This document shows positions 16,749-27,000 of a DNA stretch of 64,000 nucleotides, one piece after another. Source of the DNA: a virus; IMG/VR virus record IMGVR_UViG_3300047678_000094, positions 1-64,000 of that record; one strand, given 5' to 3'. Both the position numbers and the translations under genes were made by a program. Each line of letters opens with the position of its first letter. Within the stretch, counting starts at the first letter, position 1. The notes beneath the pieces were generated by a model. That model had not been told where the DNA came from. It did not search any database and saw only the letters and a list, made by a program, of their open reading frames with translations.

Positions 16749-18359
16749 ATGGGTCTGGATACTGATCTCTTCAGCATTATCACCAATCCAATTGATAAGC
16801 TTGTCAAAGAAGCTGGTGCAAACATTGTTGACACCGCTGAGAACGCTATCGTCGGCGAATTGTCATCTGTGTTTCAACGTATTGGACTTGGTAACGGTTC
16901 AAACAGAAGTATCCTAGGTAATTTAGGCGAACAAGTGTTAGCCGGTATTGCTGGGGAAATTTTCGGCGCGATCGGCCGTGAGATGAATCTTCTTTCGAAG
17001 AGTGAAATCGAAGACAATCGCGGCGTGCTAACTAGTCCGGATAGTCTAGAGCGCGACACGCTATTACAAGATCAAGTATCACGCATCCCAAGCTCTGCCG
17101 CAGAGAACATAATATTTCCACCTGATTTGAACGATTTTTATGTTCAATTGGACTTCAAGAAATACCGACGCCCAGCGCCTGCTGTTCCGGCAGATGTCAT
17201 TACTGAGTTTAGTATTTCTTTACCGCTACCTCGCACGCTTGAAGATAGACATGATGTGTCCTATAACGATTCAATGTCATTAGGGTTTCTTGGTGCTATT
17301 GCCAACCAAGGCCAAAATGGTGTGACGGGTCTTGATACAACCACAGGTTTAATTTATGCTGGTAAAGAAGGAATTAGAGCTATCACAGGTGATGGTTCTG
17401 ACATTATTGGGTTGATTTCTCAATCGTTCGGCGCGTCGCTTAACCCACACCTATCTGTTATGTTCCAACAACCAACATTGCGTCGACATAAGATGCAATG
17501 GATGTTCGCACCAAATAATCCTAAGGAAAGTGAGATCATTAGACAGATCACTAAGAAGATCCGTGGTGCCTCGTTGCCATCATTTGTTCGTAACCAAGAA
17601 GGCGAAGCGAATATCAACACTCTGACATTCCCAATGATGTGTAAGATCACACTATATCCATGGGGTGATAAGAGCAAATTAAGAAAACTGAAGGGAGATG
17701 CCGATATTTCATACAGCGGTAATATGTACACCTTCAAGCATTGTGTCATTGAATCAGTAAACATCAACTACGCCCCAAGCAATCCAGCCTTTTTCTCAGA
17801 TGAAGGTAATGCCCCGGCGTTTGTACTTCTTGACATCTCTTTCCTAGAAATAGAATACTTCACTGGTGATGACTTTGGTCGCATGGGTGATGATATAGAT
17901 CTTCTCAAGGCATTCGATAACTTCGCTGGTGATGTTCTTGGTGGTAAAAATCCAGCAGATATGACAGTTGAAGAAAGACAGGCAGCATTTGATAAAATAA
18001 AGGGGTCTGTAGATCCAGCAGCTGGCGCTGATCCGGCGCAGGCCACTGGTACAAACAACTTCAACGCAAACAACACTATTGTTAGTATGATTGCTGATCC
18101 AGCAAACGCTGACGATCCGACTAAATCAAATTATCTCTATCAAACATCAGATGGAAGTTGGTATAAATCATCAACCGTCGCTGGCAAAGAAACCATCACC
18201 CCCATCAATAGTCTGTCTGATCCTGTTTTCGAACAGTTCAACGTTTATGAACAAACAGTCACACCAGCAGCCGCAGATGCAGTCCAATTCACAAACGGTA
18301 AAAAAATACTAATCCGCACCGGTAAGAGTGGAAATCTTGAGTTATGGGGATCTGAATAA
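16749..18359 (+). CDS. gp48: baseplate tail-tube cap
   Basis: ISLPLP, NPH..VMFQQPTLR.H...W.FAP and CVIESVNINYAP motifs; has a C-terminal extension. Confidence 0.8.
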   Translation: MGLDTDLFSIITNPIDKLVKEAGANIVDTAENAIVGELSSVFQRIGLGNGSNRSILGNLGEQVLAGIAGEIFGAIGREMNLLSKSEIEDNRGVLTSPDSLERDTLLQDQVSRIPSSAAENIIFPPDLNDFYVQLDFKKYRRPAPAVPADVITEFSISLPLPRTLEDRHDVSYNDSMSLGFLGAIANQGQNGVTGLDTTTGLIYAGKEGIRAITGDGSDIIGLISQSFGASLNPHLSVMFQQPTLRRHKMQWMFAPNNPKESEIIRQITKKIRGASLPSFVRNQEGEANINTLTFPMMCKITLYPWGDKSKLRKLKGDADISYSGNMYTFKHCVIESVNINYAPSNPAFFSDEGNAPAFVLLDISFLEIEYFTGDDFGRMGDDIDLLKAFDNFAGDVLGGKNPADMTVEERQAAFDKIKGSVDPAAGADPAQATGTNNFNANNTIVSMIADPANADDPTKSNYLYQTSDGSWYKSSTVAGKETITPINSLSDPVFEQFNVYEQTVTPAAADAVQFTNGKKILIRTGKSGNLELWGSE

Positions 18360-19240
18360 TGAAACACTACTTCTCTAGGTTTCCTGTTGTCAACTATGCT
18401 GGAGTTCCAGCAAAGAACATCTTACAGCGAGCAACTCTATCAGACGCGACAAAAAACAACCCGGCCAATTTTGGTGTGGTGCGCGTTCCGGACGAGGGCG
18501 CGCAGAGAGCTGACATCATATCCGAAAACTACTATGGTAATCCATACTATGATTGGCTGGTGTACTTCAGCAATGAGGTTGTTGACCCCTATAATGATAT
18601 GTTCAAAGACAACGAAACATTTCGTGCTTTCATCACAACAAAATATGGATCCATCCAATTTGCCAACGAAAAGGTGATGTTCTACATAAACAATTGGGTA
18701 TCTAATCCTGATGATACTCTGACCGTTGCTCAATTTGAAGCGGCGTCACAAGCAGTAAAGAAATACTACACCGCAGTAACAGACGCATTCAACAATGTTA
18801 CCAGCTACCGTCGACACAGAATAGACTGGATCAAGTCCACGAACAGAATTCGTATACTCACGGTAGACATGACGGATATGTTTGTCATCGGTTCTGTTGT
18901 TGTTCAATATGTGTCAGGTGTGATCGTCGCTAAGGGTGAGATTGTTGATATAAACAGGGAAGATAGTAAGATCAGCGTACAACACATCACCGGTGAGTTT
19001 GTGACAACAGGTGGAAACAAACTCAAGCGTTATGGCACCAATCTTGAATACACTGTCAGTGAGGTCTCGAATCCCCTTACGGAAGATAACATTACTAATG
19101 ATGAGTCGGTATACTGGTCGGCTATGACAGCATATGACTATGAAAATGAATTGAATGAGAGTCGCAGAAACATCAAGCTTCTTCGCGCATCTATGCGTGG
19201 AGCGGCTGATGAGCAACTAACAAACCTGATGAGGGGATAA
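18359..19240 (+). CDS. gp53: baseplate wedge subunit
   Basis: YFSRFP.V.Y, RADIIS..YYG, and YDYE.ELNES.RNIKLL motifs. Confidence 0.88.
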   Translation: MKHYFSRFPVVNYAGVPAKNILQRATLSDATKNNPANFGVVRVPDEGAQRADIISENYYGNPYYDWLVYFSNEVVDPYNDMFKDNETFRAFITTKYGSIQFANEKVMFYINNWVSNPDDTLTVAQFEAASQAVKKYYTAVTDAFNNVTSYRRHRIDWIKSTNRIRILTVDMTDMFVIGSVVVQYVSGVIVAKGEIVDINREDSKISVQHITGEFVTTGGNKLKRYGTNLEYTVSEVSNPLTEDNITNDESVYWSAMTAYDYENELNESRRNIKLLRASMRGAADEQLTNLMRG

Positions 19241-20469
19241 TGGATTCCGGTGACATTCGTATTGACAAATTTGAATTAGACAACTTTGGTAACAAGTTGG
19301 ATCTAACAGAATTTGTCACAGATCTAAACATATATGAGTCTATCTTCGAACCCAACATCAAAGCGACCATGTCAATCTTCGATGGCGCGGGACTGAATGA
19401 TCGCATCACCTGGGCAGGTTCTAAGGTAACAATAACATACACATCAAGTCCAGATGTTGATCCAACCACAATGGTTTTCATTGTTGATGGAACAGAAGCA
19501 GCAACTCCAATACCAGGAGATAAGGGACAAACTTATTTTGTTCGTATGTTTAGTGAGGAGTGTCTGCGAGGGCTAGCCATAACAGTTGGTGAGATCTTCA
19601 ACAAGATGTCTCCAGAAGAAATGATCAAGAAGATCATCATCAATAAACTGAATAGTAAGAAGCCGTTTATCACGGACAAGACAAGCGCTCTTGACACTAT
19701 AAACTGTGCTAATCTTCGGCCGTTCCAAGCCATTGATAAGATCAAGAAACGTTCCGTATCCCGCGACAAGGTGTCGTCCTCATTTGTTTTCTTTGAAAAC
19801 AAGCATGGCTTCAACTTCAAATCTATTGAGAGTATGCTAGAAACAGCTCGCAAAGACCCACAAGTAACTGAGGGTGACCGCAACTTTTATCTTGATTCTA
19901 TGCAACACAAAGGTGTTGATAAGACAAGCTGGCGTCAGATTCTTGCGTTTGAGAGATCTGTATCACAGTCTTTATCTGGTACTGTTTGGCACGGTGGTAT
20001 GAACAGTAAGATTTATGCCTATGATATCTCAACAGGTGATCACTACGAGTTCACATATGTTGATAGTAAAAACAGCGCTGAGTTCAGTATCGATGGTAAA
20101 TCACTGACATATAAACGTGTTGCTGTTGATGACATAATGAAGACCGGAGATGCAGCTGCTGGAATGATGGTTGCACCAATTAATGATACGAACGACCTAG
20201 AGCGTATTAAGAAGGAATTGTATGTTAGAGCATACATGACAAAACTGATGGGTAACGTTGTACGAATACAGATACACGGTGACAATCGTATTACTGTCGG
20301 TACTGCTGTTAAATTGAATCTTCCTGTGATTGATGGAGCAACAACTAAACACACTAACGAGATGGCTGGTGGTGTCTATCTAATTTCAAAAGTAAGACAC
20401 ATGATTACACCAGCAGGTGGACGCTACTCCCAATCGTGTGAGTTGATAAGAACGGGGATGTTCGAGTAA
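19240..20469 (+). CDS. baseplate hub protein (gp27-like)
   Basis: LNIYESIF, FVFFENKHGFNFKSIE and GVYLISKVRH motifs; lies between gp53 and gp5. Confidence 0.7.
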   Translation: MDSGDIRIDKFELDNFGNKLDLTEFVTDLNIYESIFEPNIKATMSIFDGAGLNDRITWAGSKVTITYTSSPDVDPTTMVFIVDGTEAATPIPGDKGQTYFVRMFSEECLRGLAITVGEIFNKMSPEEMIKKIIINKLNSKKPFITDKTSALDTINCANLRPFQAIDKIKKRSVSRDKVSSSFVFFENKHGFNFKSIESMLETARKDPQVTEGDRNFYLDSMQHKGVDKTSWRQILAFERSVSQSLSGTVWHGGMNSKIYAYDISTGDHYEFTYVDSKNSAEFSIDGKSLTYKRVAVDDIMKTGDAAAGMMVAPINDTNDLERIKKELYVRAYMTKLMGNVVRIQIHGDNRITVGTAVKLNLPVIDGATTKHTNEMAGGVYLISKVRHMITPAGGRYSQSCELIRTGMFE

Positions 20470-21350
20470 TGATCATTGACAAGTATGTCGGCTTTATAGC
20501 CACAGTAATCAACATCGTTGGTGAAGGACCTAACTTCGGTAAGGTCCAGATTCGCATTACTGGTGATCAAGGACAAGCGGTCATTCAAGATGAGGATTTG
20601 CTGTGGGCGACACTAATGATGCCCATTACATCAGCAGCTGAACGTGGCATCGGCACATCACCAAATTGGTTGGTGCCTGGTTCTACAGTAGTTGGTTACT
20701 TTCTTGATGGTGTGTATCGCAGCATACCAATGATTGTTGGAACAATTAACCAGAACAAAAAAGCTGGAGCTGGTATATCACCAATCGCTTCTGGTGATGC
20801 AATTCAACGCAATTTCACGGACGTTGAAGATGAGCTTGGTGTTGGTGCCGCCAGAAAACCCAACTATAAGGACAACAAAGTAATTACCACAGCATCAAAG
20901 GATGCTATTGAAACTCTCAACCATATAATCGAGATCGATGATACGCAGCAGTCCGAGCGCATTCTTGTAAAGCACAAGAGTGGTTCTTATGTGGAATTTC
21001 TTCCAAATGGAACTGTTGTTGTTAAAGGAACAGAAGCGTTCGCAGCTGTTGGTAATGATGTGAAGCTGCGCTCTCTAATCAGCACTCTTTTGAAGTCTGA
21101 TGGAGATACCGACATCACTTCCAAGAAAGATATCACCATAGTCGCTGATGGCGATTTCAGCATCACCGGTAAGACGATAACAATTCAAGCAGACAGCATA
21201 TCGCTTGAAGCAGACACCATAAATATGACAGGTAATACGGTGTTAATTGGTGATTTGAGTATTGTTGGGACACAGGTATTAGTTACCGCACCAACCGTAA
21301 CAGTAGTTGGTGCCATGACTCTTAATGGTCGCCCAGTATTAACCTCATAA
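20469..21350 (+). CDS. gp5: baseplate central spike (OB fold plus beta-helix, no lysozyme domain)
   Basis: GKVQIRI, VVGYFLDG, HIIEIDDT..SERI..KHKSG motifs and C-terminal beta-helix repeats. Confidence 0.85.
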   Translation: MIIDKYVGFIATVINIVGEGPNFGKVQIRITGDQGQAVIQDEDLLWATLMMPITSAAERGIGTSPNWLVPGSTVVGYFLDGVYRSIPMIVGTINQNKKAGAGISPIASGDAIQRNFTDVEDELGVGAARKPNYKDNKVITTASKDAIETLNHIIEIDDTQQSERILVKHKSGSYVEFLPNGTVVVKGTEAFAAVGNDVKLRSLISTLLKSDGDTDITSKKDITIVADGDFSITGKTITIQADSISLEADTINMTGNTVLIGDLSIVGTQVLVTAPTVTVVGAMTLNGRPVLTS

Positions 21351-21358
21351 GGTCTGAC

Positions 21359-21781
21359 ATGGTAGATAGAGTAGACAAAGCAGCAAAACGTCCGGTAAGA
21401 ACTAACATTTACTCGGACATTTTCACAAACTTCAACGCTCACCCAAATACAGGTGTGCTGCTGGTCAGATCAGATGTTGATGCTGTTAAGCGTGCTCTTC
21501 GTAATCTATTGATGACTAATAAGGGCGAGCGAGTTTTCGACAGCAACCTCGGCTCAAATATCAAATCACTTTTGTTTGAGCCATCAACAGAGATCAACAG
21601 GCGCCAACTCCAAACTCTGATCAGAGAAGCAATTGAAACATATGAAAAACGCGCAATACTACAGGATGTTGTTGTGTCGCTCTCAAATGATGAAGAGACA
21701 TATATCATTGATGTCTATTTTCGCATAATAAATAGTCCTGATGTAAACAACCTCAACGTCAAACTGGATCGTATACGCTAA
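21359..21781 (+). CDS. gp25: baseplate wedge subunit
   Basis: AVKRALRNLLMTNKGER.F..NLGS and YEKR motifs. Confidence 0.92.
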   Translation: MVDRVDKAAKRPVRTNIYSDIFTNFNAHPNTGVLLVRSDVDAVKRALRNLLMTNKGERVFDSNLGSNIKSLLFEPSTEINRRQLQTLIREAIETYEKRAILQDVVVSLSNDEETYIIDVYFRIINSPDVNNLNVKLDRIR

Positions 21782-23568
21782 TGTCAGCAAATACCAGCAT
21801 CTCATTAACCTCCCTTGACTTTGAGACATATAAGTCTGAGCTCAAGGGGTTTCTCAAATCGCAGCCATTGTTCTCGGACTATGACTTTGAGGCTTCTAAC
21901 ATGTCTGTTTTCTTAGACATCTTAGCATACAACACATATCAAAACGGGTTCTATATGAACATGATCGGGAACGAGATGTTCCTCGACTCAGCGCGGTTGC
22001 GTGATTCTGTTGTTTCTCACGCCAAAGAACTCAACTATGTACCTCGTTCATTCAAATCAGCTGAGGCTGTCTTGGATATTGTCATCACAAGTAATGATGC
22101 CACAAAGAAAAACATCACCATTCCAAAGGGTACAGGGTTTGTATCTCGTGTTGGAAGCAACACATTCCTATTCACAACCAATCAAAACCACGTGCTGACA
22201 TCATCAAACAGCGTCTTTAGTGGTGAACTCCGTGTGTATGAGGGTGATTATATCACCGATTCGTTTGTTGTGTCTGACAGAAGATCAAATCGATTCCCAA
22301 TCAGCAACAAACAAGTTGATCTTGAATCTCTAAAGGTAATCGTCATTGAAGACAACGGTGCTAACACCATCGAGTACACAAGAGCCACATCACTGTTTGA
22401 TATCGATGAGACTGATCCGGTTTACTTCCTTCAGGCTGGTACTAATGAGCGTTATGAGATCATGTTTGGAGATAACATCATTGGTCGTAAGCCAAAGAAT
22501 GACAGTGGTGTTGTAGTTGAATATCGAATCAGTAACGGCGAGCTGCCTAATGGTGCTCGCACATTCCGTGTTGCTGAAGCCATCGATGGTGAGTCAAACG
22601 TATCCATAACAACATCATCAGCAGCAACAGGTGGTGAGGTGTTTGAATCTCTTGAGAGCATTAAATTCAACGCTCCACGCGCATTCACAACACAAGAACG
22701 TGCTGTTACAGCAGAGGATTATGAGAATCTTCTAAGGCTAAACTACCCAGAGATCAACGCCGTATCAGCATTTGGTGGTGAGGATGCTACACCACCACAA
22801 TATGGTCGTATCTTCATCTCCGTTGACCTCAATGACATTGATGGACTACCAAAGATTAAAGAGCAGGAGTATGTTAACTTCCTCCGCTCACGCAGCACCG
22901 TATCAATGGACCCTGTCTTCATTAGTCCTGATTACACATATATGCACGTAGAGACATCAATCAAATACAACATCAACCGCACAAGCCTAAACCCAGAGGA
23001 TATGCGCACACTGGTGCTATCAAGCATTCTATCATATGCTGAAACCAACCTAAACAACTTCTCACGCATCTTCCGTTACTCTAAGTTCATCAAGGCAATT
23101 GATGACGCTGATCCAAATATCATTTCGAACGAGACAGAAGTGGAGTTAGCAAAGTATCTATCACCATCACTGAATGTCAACCAGAAGCTACTCGTTGATT
23201 TCAAGACACCAATTGCTGATGATCTACCGATTATCTCAAACGAGCACCCCAGAGGTGATAGTCATGCCATCAGAAGCAGTCCATTCGTATACAACGGTAT
23301 TCGTTGTATACTTGAAGATAATGGTGATGGACTCCTTCGTATTGTGACAGCAACAGGACCAACACACCGAGAGATGGCTGTTGTTGGTACAGTTAACTAT
23401 GACACTGGTCTTGTGACTGTTTCCAATTTCAATGTCAGTTCCTTTGATGGCACATACTTCAAGATCTATGCTCGTGCTCGTACAAAGGATATCGAATCAA
23501 CCAAAAACGTCATCCTAAATATCCTTGAGTCAGACGTAGTCATCACCATTGAGCAGGTAAGAGAGTAA
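21781..23568 (+). CDS. gp6: baseplate wedge subunit
   Basis: LDFE..K..LK.FLKSQ..F.DYDFE, DSARLRDSVVSHAK and QERAVTAEDY motifs. Confidence 0.95.
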   Translation: MSANTSISLTSLDFETYKSELKGFLKSQPLFSDYDFEASNMSVFLDILAYNTYQNGFYMNMIGNEMFLDSARLRDSVVSHAKELNYVPRSFKSAEAVLDIVITSNDATKKNITIPKGTGFVSRVGSNTFLFTTNQNHVLTSSNSVFSGELRVYEGDYITDSFVVSDRRSNRFPISNKQVDLESLKVIVIEDNGANTIEYTRATSLFDIDETDPVYFLQAGTNERYEIMFGDNIIGRKPKNDSGVVVEYRISNGELPNGARTFRVAEAIDGESNVSITTSSAATGGEVFESLESIKFNAPRAFTTQERAVTAEDYENLLRLNYPEINAVSAFGGEDATPPQYGRIFISVDLNDIDGLPKIKEQEYVNFLRSRSTVSMDPVFISPDYTYMHVETSIKYNINRTSLNPEDMRTLVLSSILSYAETNLNNFSRIFRYSKFIKAIDDADPNIISNETEVELAKYLSPSLNVNQKLLVDFKTPIADDLPIISNEHPRGDSHAIRSSPFVYNGIRCILEDNGDGLLRIVTATGPTHREMAVVGTVNYDTGLVTVSNFNVSSFDGTYFKIYARARTKDIESTKNVILNILESDVVITIEQVRE

Positions 23569-23569
23569 C

Positions 23570-24085
23570 ATGTCCCTATTAAAGAGAGTTAGAGAAGCAC
23601 TAGCAGAATCAAAGGTGGATCTTCCATTCGACACCAAATTACTGTTGATGAAGTCACACAAAGCAATTGGGCATTTGCTTGATGATGGCACACGTGCCAC
23701 GCGTGGTAATTATAGCGAGAAGTTGCACGACAACCCACAGTATCTAAATTCTCTTCACAAAGCTATTGGTAATAGCATCAGACGCATTAATCCAAATTCA
23801 GAAGATAGATCAACACCACATCCAGCCGGCAAACGAGGTGGCCTTGTTAGATGGGATCGTCCGAAACACCAAAAAGCTCTTCTTTGGGCAGCTAGACATG
23901 AATTGAATAATGTGAGAGCCCAACATGGTAACCCATTCAATTATGGATATCCACATCCATCACATAAGATGAGTGATGGTGAGTTTGATGAACACATCCG
24001 TAGATTGGGTGATGTGGTTGGCACTAATCCATGGCCTGATGAAAGCATGAAAGACACAATCAAAAAGGTTTGGAATAGATCATAA
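23570..24085 (+). CDS. basic hypothetical protein inserted between gp6 and gp7
   Basis: Tightly packed ORF; N-terminus MSLLKRVREALAE. Confidence 0.6.
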   Translation: MSLLKRVREALAESKVDLPFDTKLLLMKSHKAIGHLLDDGTRATRGNYSEKLHDNPQYLNSLHKAIGNSIRRINPNSEDRSTPHPAGKRGGLVRWDRPKHQKALLWAARHELNNVRAQHGNPFNYGYPHPSHKMSDGEFDEHIRRLGDVVGTNPWPDESMKDTIKKVWNRS

Positions 24086-27000
24086 TGATCGAAAAGAATA
24101 TCTCACAATACATCGAGAAGCAGTTTCCTGCCTTCTATCAAGACGAAGGACCACAATTTATCAGCTTCGTGAAGGCATACTACGAATGGCTAGAGCAGCC
24201 AGATAACGTTCTGAACAAGGCTCGCCACCTGCTTGAGTATCGTGATATTGACACCACACTCGATGAGTTTCTTCTTTACTTCAAAGAGAAATATCTCAAG
24301 AACATCCAGTTTGACACCGCCACCAACAAGCAATTGTTGGTGAAGCACTCATTAGATCTGTATCGTTCAAAAGGAACGGAGCGTTCTATCGACCTGTTCT
24401 TCAAGCTCGTGTTTGGTACCGCAGCAGAGGTACAATATCCGGGTGAGCGCATCTTCAAGCTCTCCGATGGTATTTGGGAAGTGCCAAAATACCTAGAAAT
24501 AACACACAACAAGTACAACATCAACTATGTTGGCCGCCAGATTGTTGGTGCGGCAAGTGGTGCAACGGCATTCGTGGAGCGTTATATCCGTAGACGTGCC
24601 GGATATGGCTATGTGAATATGCTCTACATCAGCAGCCAAGTAGGTGAGTTCACACGTGGTGAGGTGATCGGCATCCGCTCGAGTGGACGATCAGTATTCA
24701 CACCAGGACAAACAGCGGCAATTGTTGGTTCTATTGAATCGGTGATCCTACAGGATTATGGACGTGACTTCGCCATTGGTGATATCGTCAAATTCCAGCA
24801 TAGCAATCGCGGTATCGGTGGACTTGCACGCGTTACCACGATCGGTGAAGACTCTGGAATCATCGATTTTATCCTTCATGAAGGTGGATGGGGATACACA
24901 ACCAATGCAACATCAATCATCTCTGAGAAGGTCGTGACGGCTAATGGTGTTGTTGGAACTATTGGTGATGCTCAGTTGCAGCTGTTTGATGTGGTTGTAC
25001 AACCAACACTGTCTATTGAGTTCACAAATGGTCCGCAGCTGGTGATTGGTGATATTGTCGGTAGATATGATGGTGCTAACCTTATTGCCAATGGTCAGGT
25101 AGTCGAGATCGAAAAGACAGCTGGTCTATCTAATGGTTCATTCACACTGAGCGTTACTCAGGGTCCATTCACCGAGGGCACATTGTATGTGAATGGGAAC
25201 ACAATAAGCCTCAATGCAACGTCAATTACCGATACAAGCACCTATGCCGATGTCATGGGTGTCCCAAGTGTGTATCAGTTGACCGTAAGCAATACCAATG
25301 GCAATTTCACCATCGGAATGAATGTGTTTCAAACAATATCTGATAGAATATACGCTCATGGGACCATCTCCGGGGTGAGCAATGGGATGCTTGTGATTAG
25401 TGCAGGTATCGGTAACTTTAGCAATGGCGCGAACCTAATTTCGAGCGTGAATAACAGCGTCAATGCAGTGGTCTCACGGGTCGATACAACATTAGGTCTT
25501 CATCAGATTAATAAACGAGCCTATACCCTTGATTTTGTTGGTGCAAATAACAATGGCATTGCAAACTCTGGATATCTGTTCCAATACGACGCTCTTGCAA
25601 ATGTCGTTTCCAGTGGTTTAGCCCTTCACTCGTCTGTGTCGTCCAATGCTGGAACAATCGAGTATGTTCCGATCTATGGTCAGATCCAGGAGAATCTACT
25701 CCTGTACACAACCGGAAATACCGCTGTTGCGACCGTCACAAATGTCTCATGCAATGTGTATGGTGGTGACTTCGTGGAGGCGGCAAATGCCGCCTGGAGA
25801 ACATCATACACCAACACAACGTTCACTGTAGCGTCTATCTCAGAGGGAACTGGTGCACAATTCGATGTTGGGGCTATCGGAGAGACAGAGGTAATCTTTG
25901 TGGGCACAGACCTGATCAATAGCAATGGAGTGTCCAGAGTAGACTATGATCGCAAACGTCTGTCCATTGCATCAAATACTGGGTTTCAGGTCGGACAAAC
26001 GGTCCGCCAGTACAATGCATTCTCTGCAACATTCAATCCAACGACACAGGTCGCGGCAAATGGTCTGATCACCGCGTCAAACATCTACAATGCCGGTGAC
26101 TGGGTACTGTATACTCTGGCGTCCGGAAATACCGCTGTTGTTGAGGCAAATACCGCGATGCGTGTGCTATTTGCCAACAGCACCACTCTCAGAGTAGCTG
26201 GACCTGGTTCAGATGACACACTCACAGTATTGGGCACTGTATCTGAGACAGGCCATAGATTCAGCAAGATCGCTGTTGGTACGGTGTATGGTGTCGGCTC
26301 TGGATATGTGGATGTGAAGGATACGTACAATGCATTCGTTGCAACAGCAGGCACAAATACTGTTCTGACGGTGCATGGAACATCGGTGAACTCCAGCATT
26401 ACTGCAGTAGCATCTGCGGCATCAACTCCAAATGTGCCTGGTTCGAACTATCGCCACCAGCTACTCCGCAAGTTCGCATTCGGACTACCAAAAGACCCGC
26501 AGGTCGGCCTCAGAGACATCATCTTTGACTGCCTGAGCTTTGATCGCTTCGAGATTGGGGTGGTCGACTCATTGAGTGGTGTCGACCCTGGATCTGACTA
26601 CAATGTGGATCCATATGTCCTAGTGGAACAACCAGAGATCGCGGGCTTCTCTCGCAGAGATTATGTCATGGATATCGCCAACTCCGTCGCGACATTCGTA
26701 GTGGGAGAGAAGATCTCACATGCAATCGCTAACCTGACGACATATGTGCTCACGATTGACTATGGAACTTTTGGGAACACATATACCAACAGGAATATAC
26801 TGGTCCAGAGCAACAATGAAGTGGTCAGTGCAGATGACTTCATCTACTATCCAGCAAACACTCTAAACTTCAATCCTGGGTCTGATGTCAATCCATTCAC
26901 TGGTGTAGTGTCGCTGGAGAATGATCTGGAGGCAGGTGAGACGGTAAGATACTATACTGCAACAGGCAATACTGCCCTGTATACCAACAATGCCTTCCTC

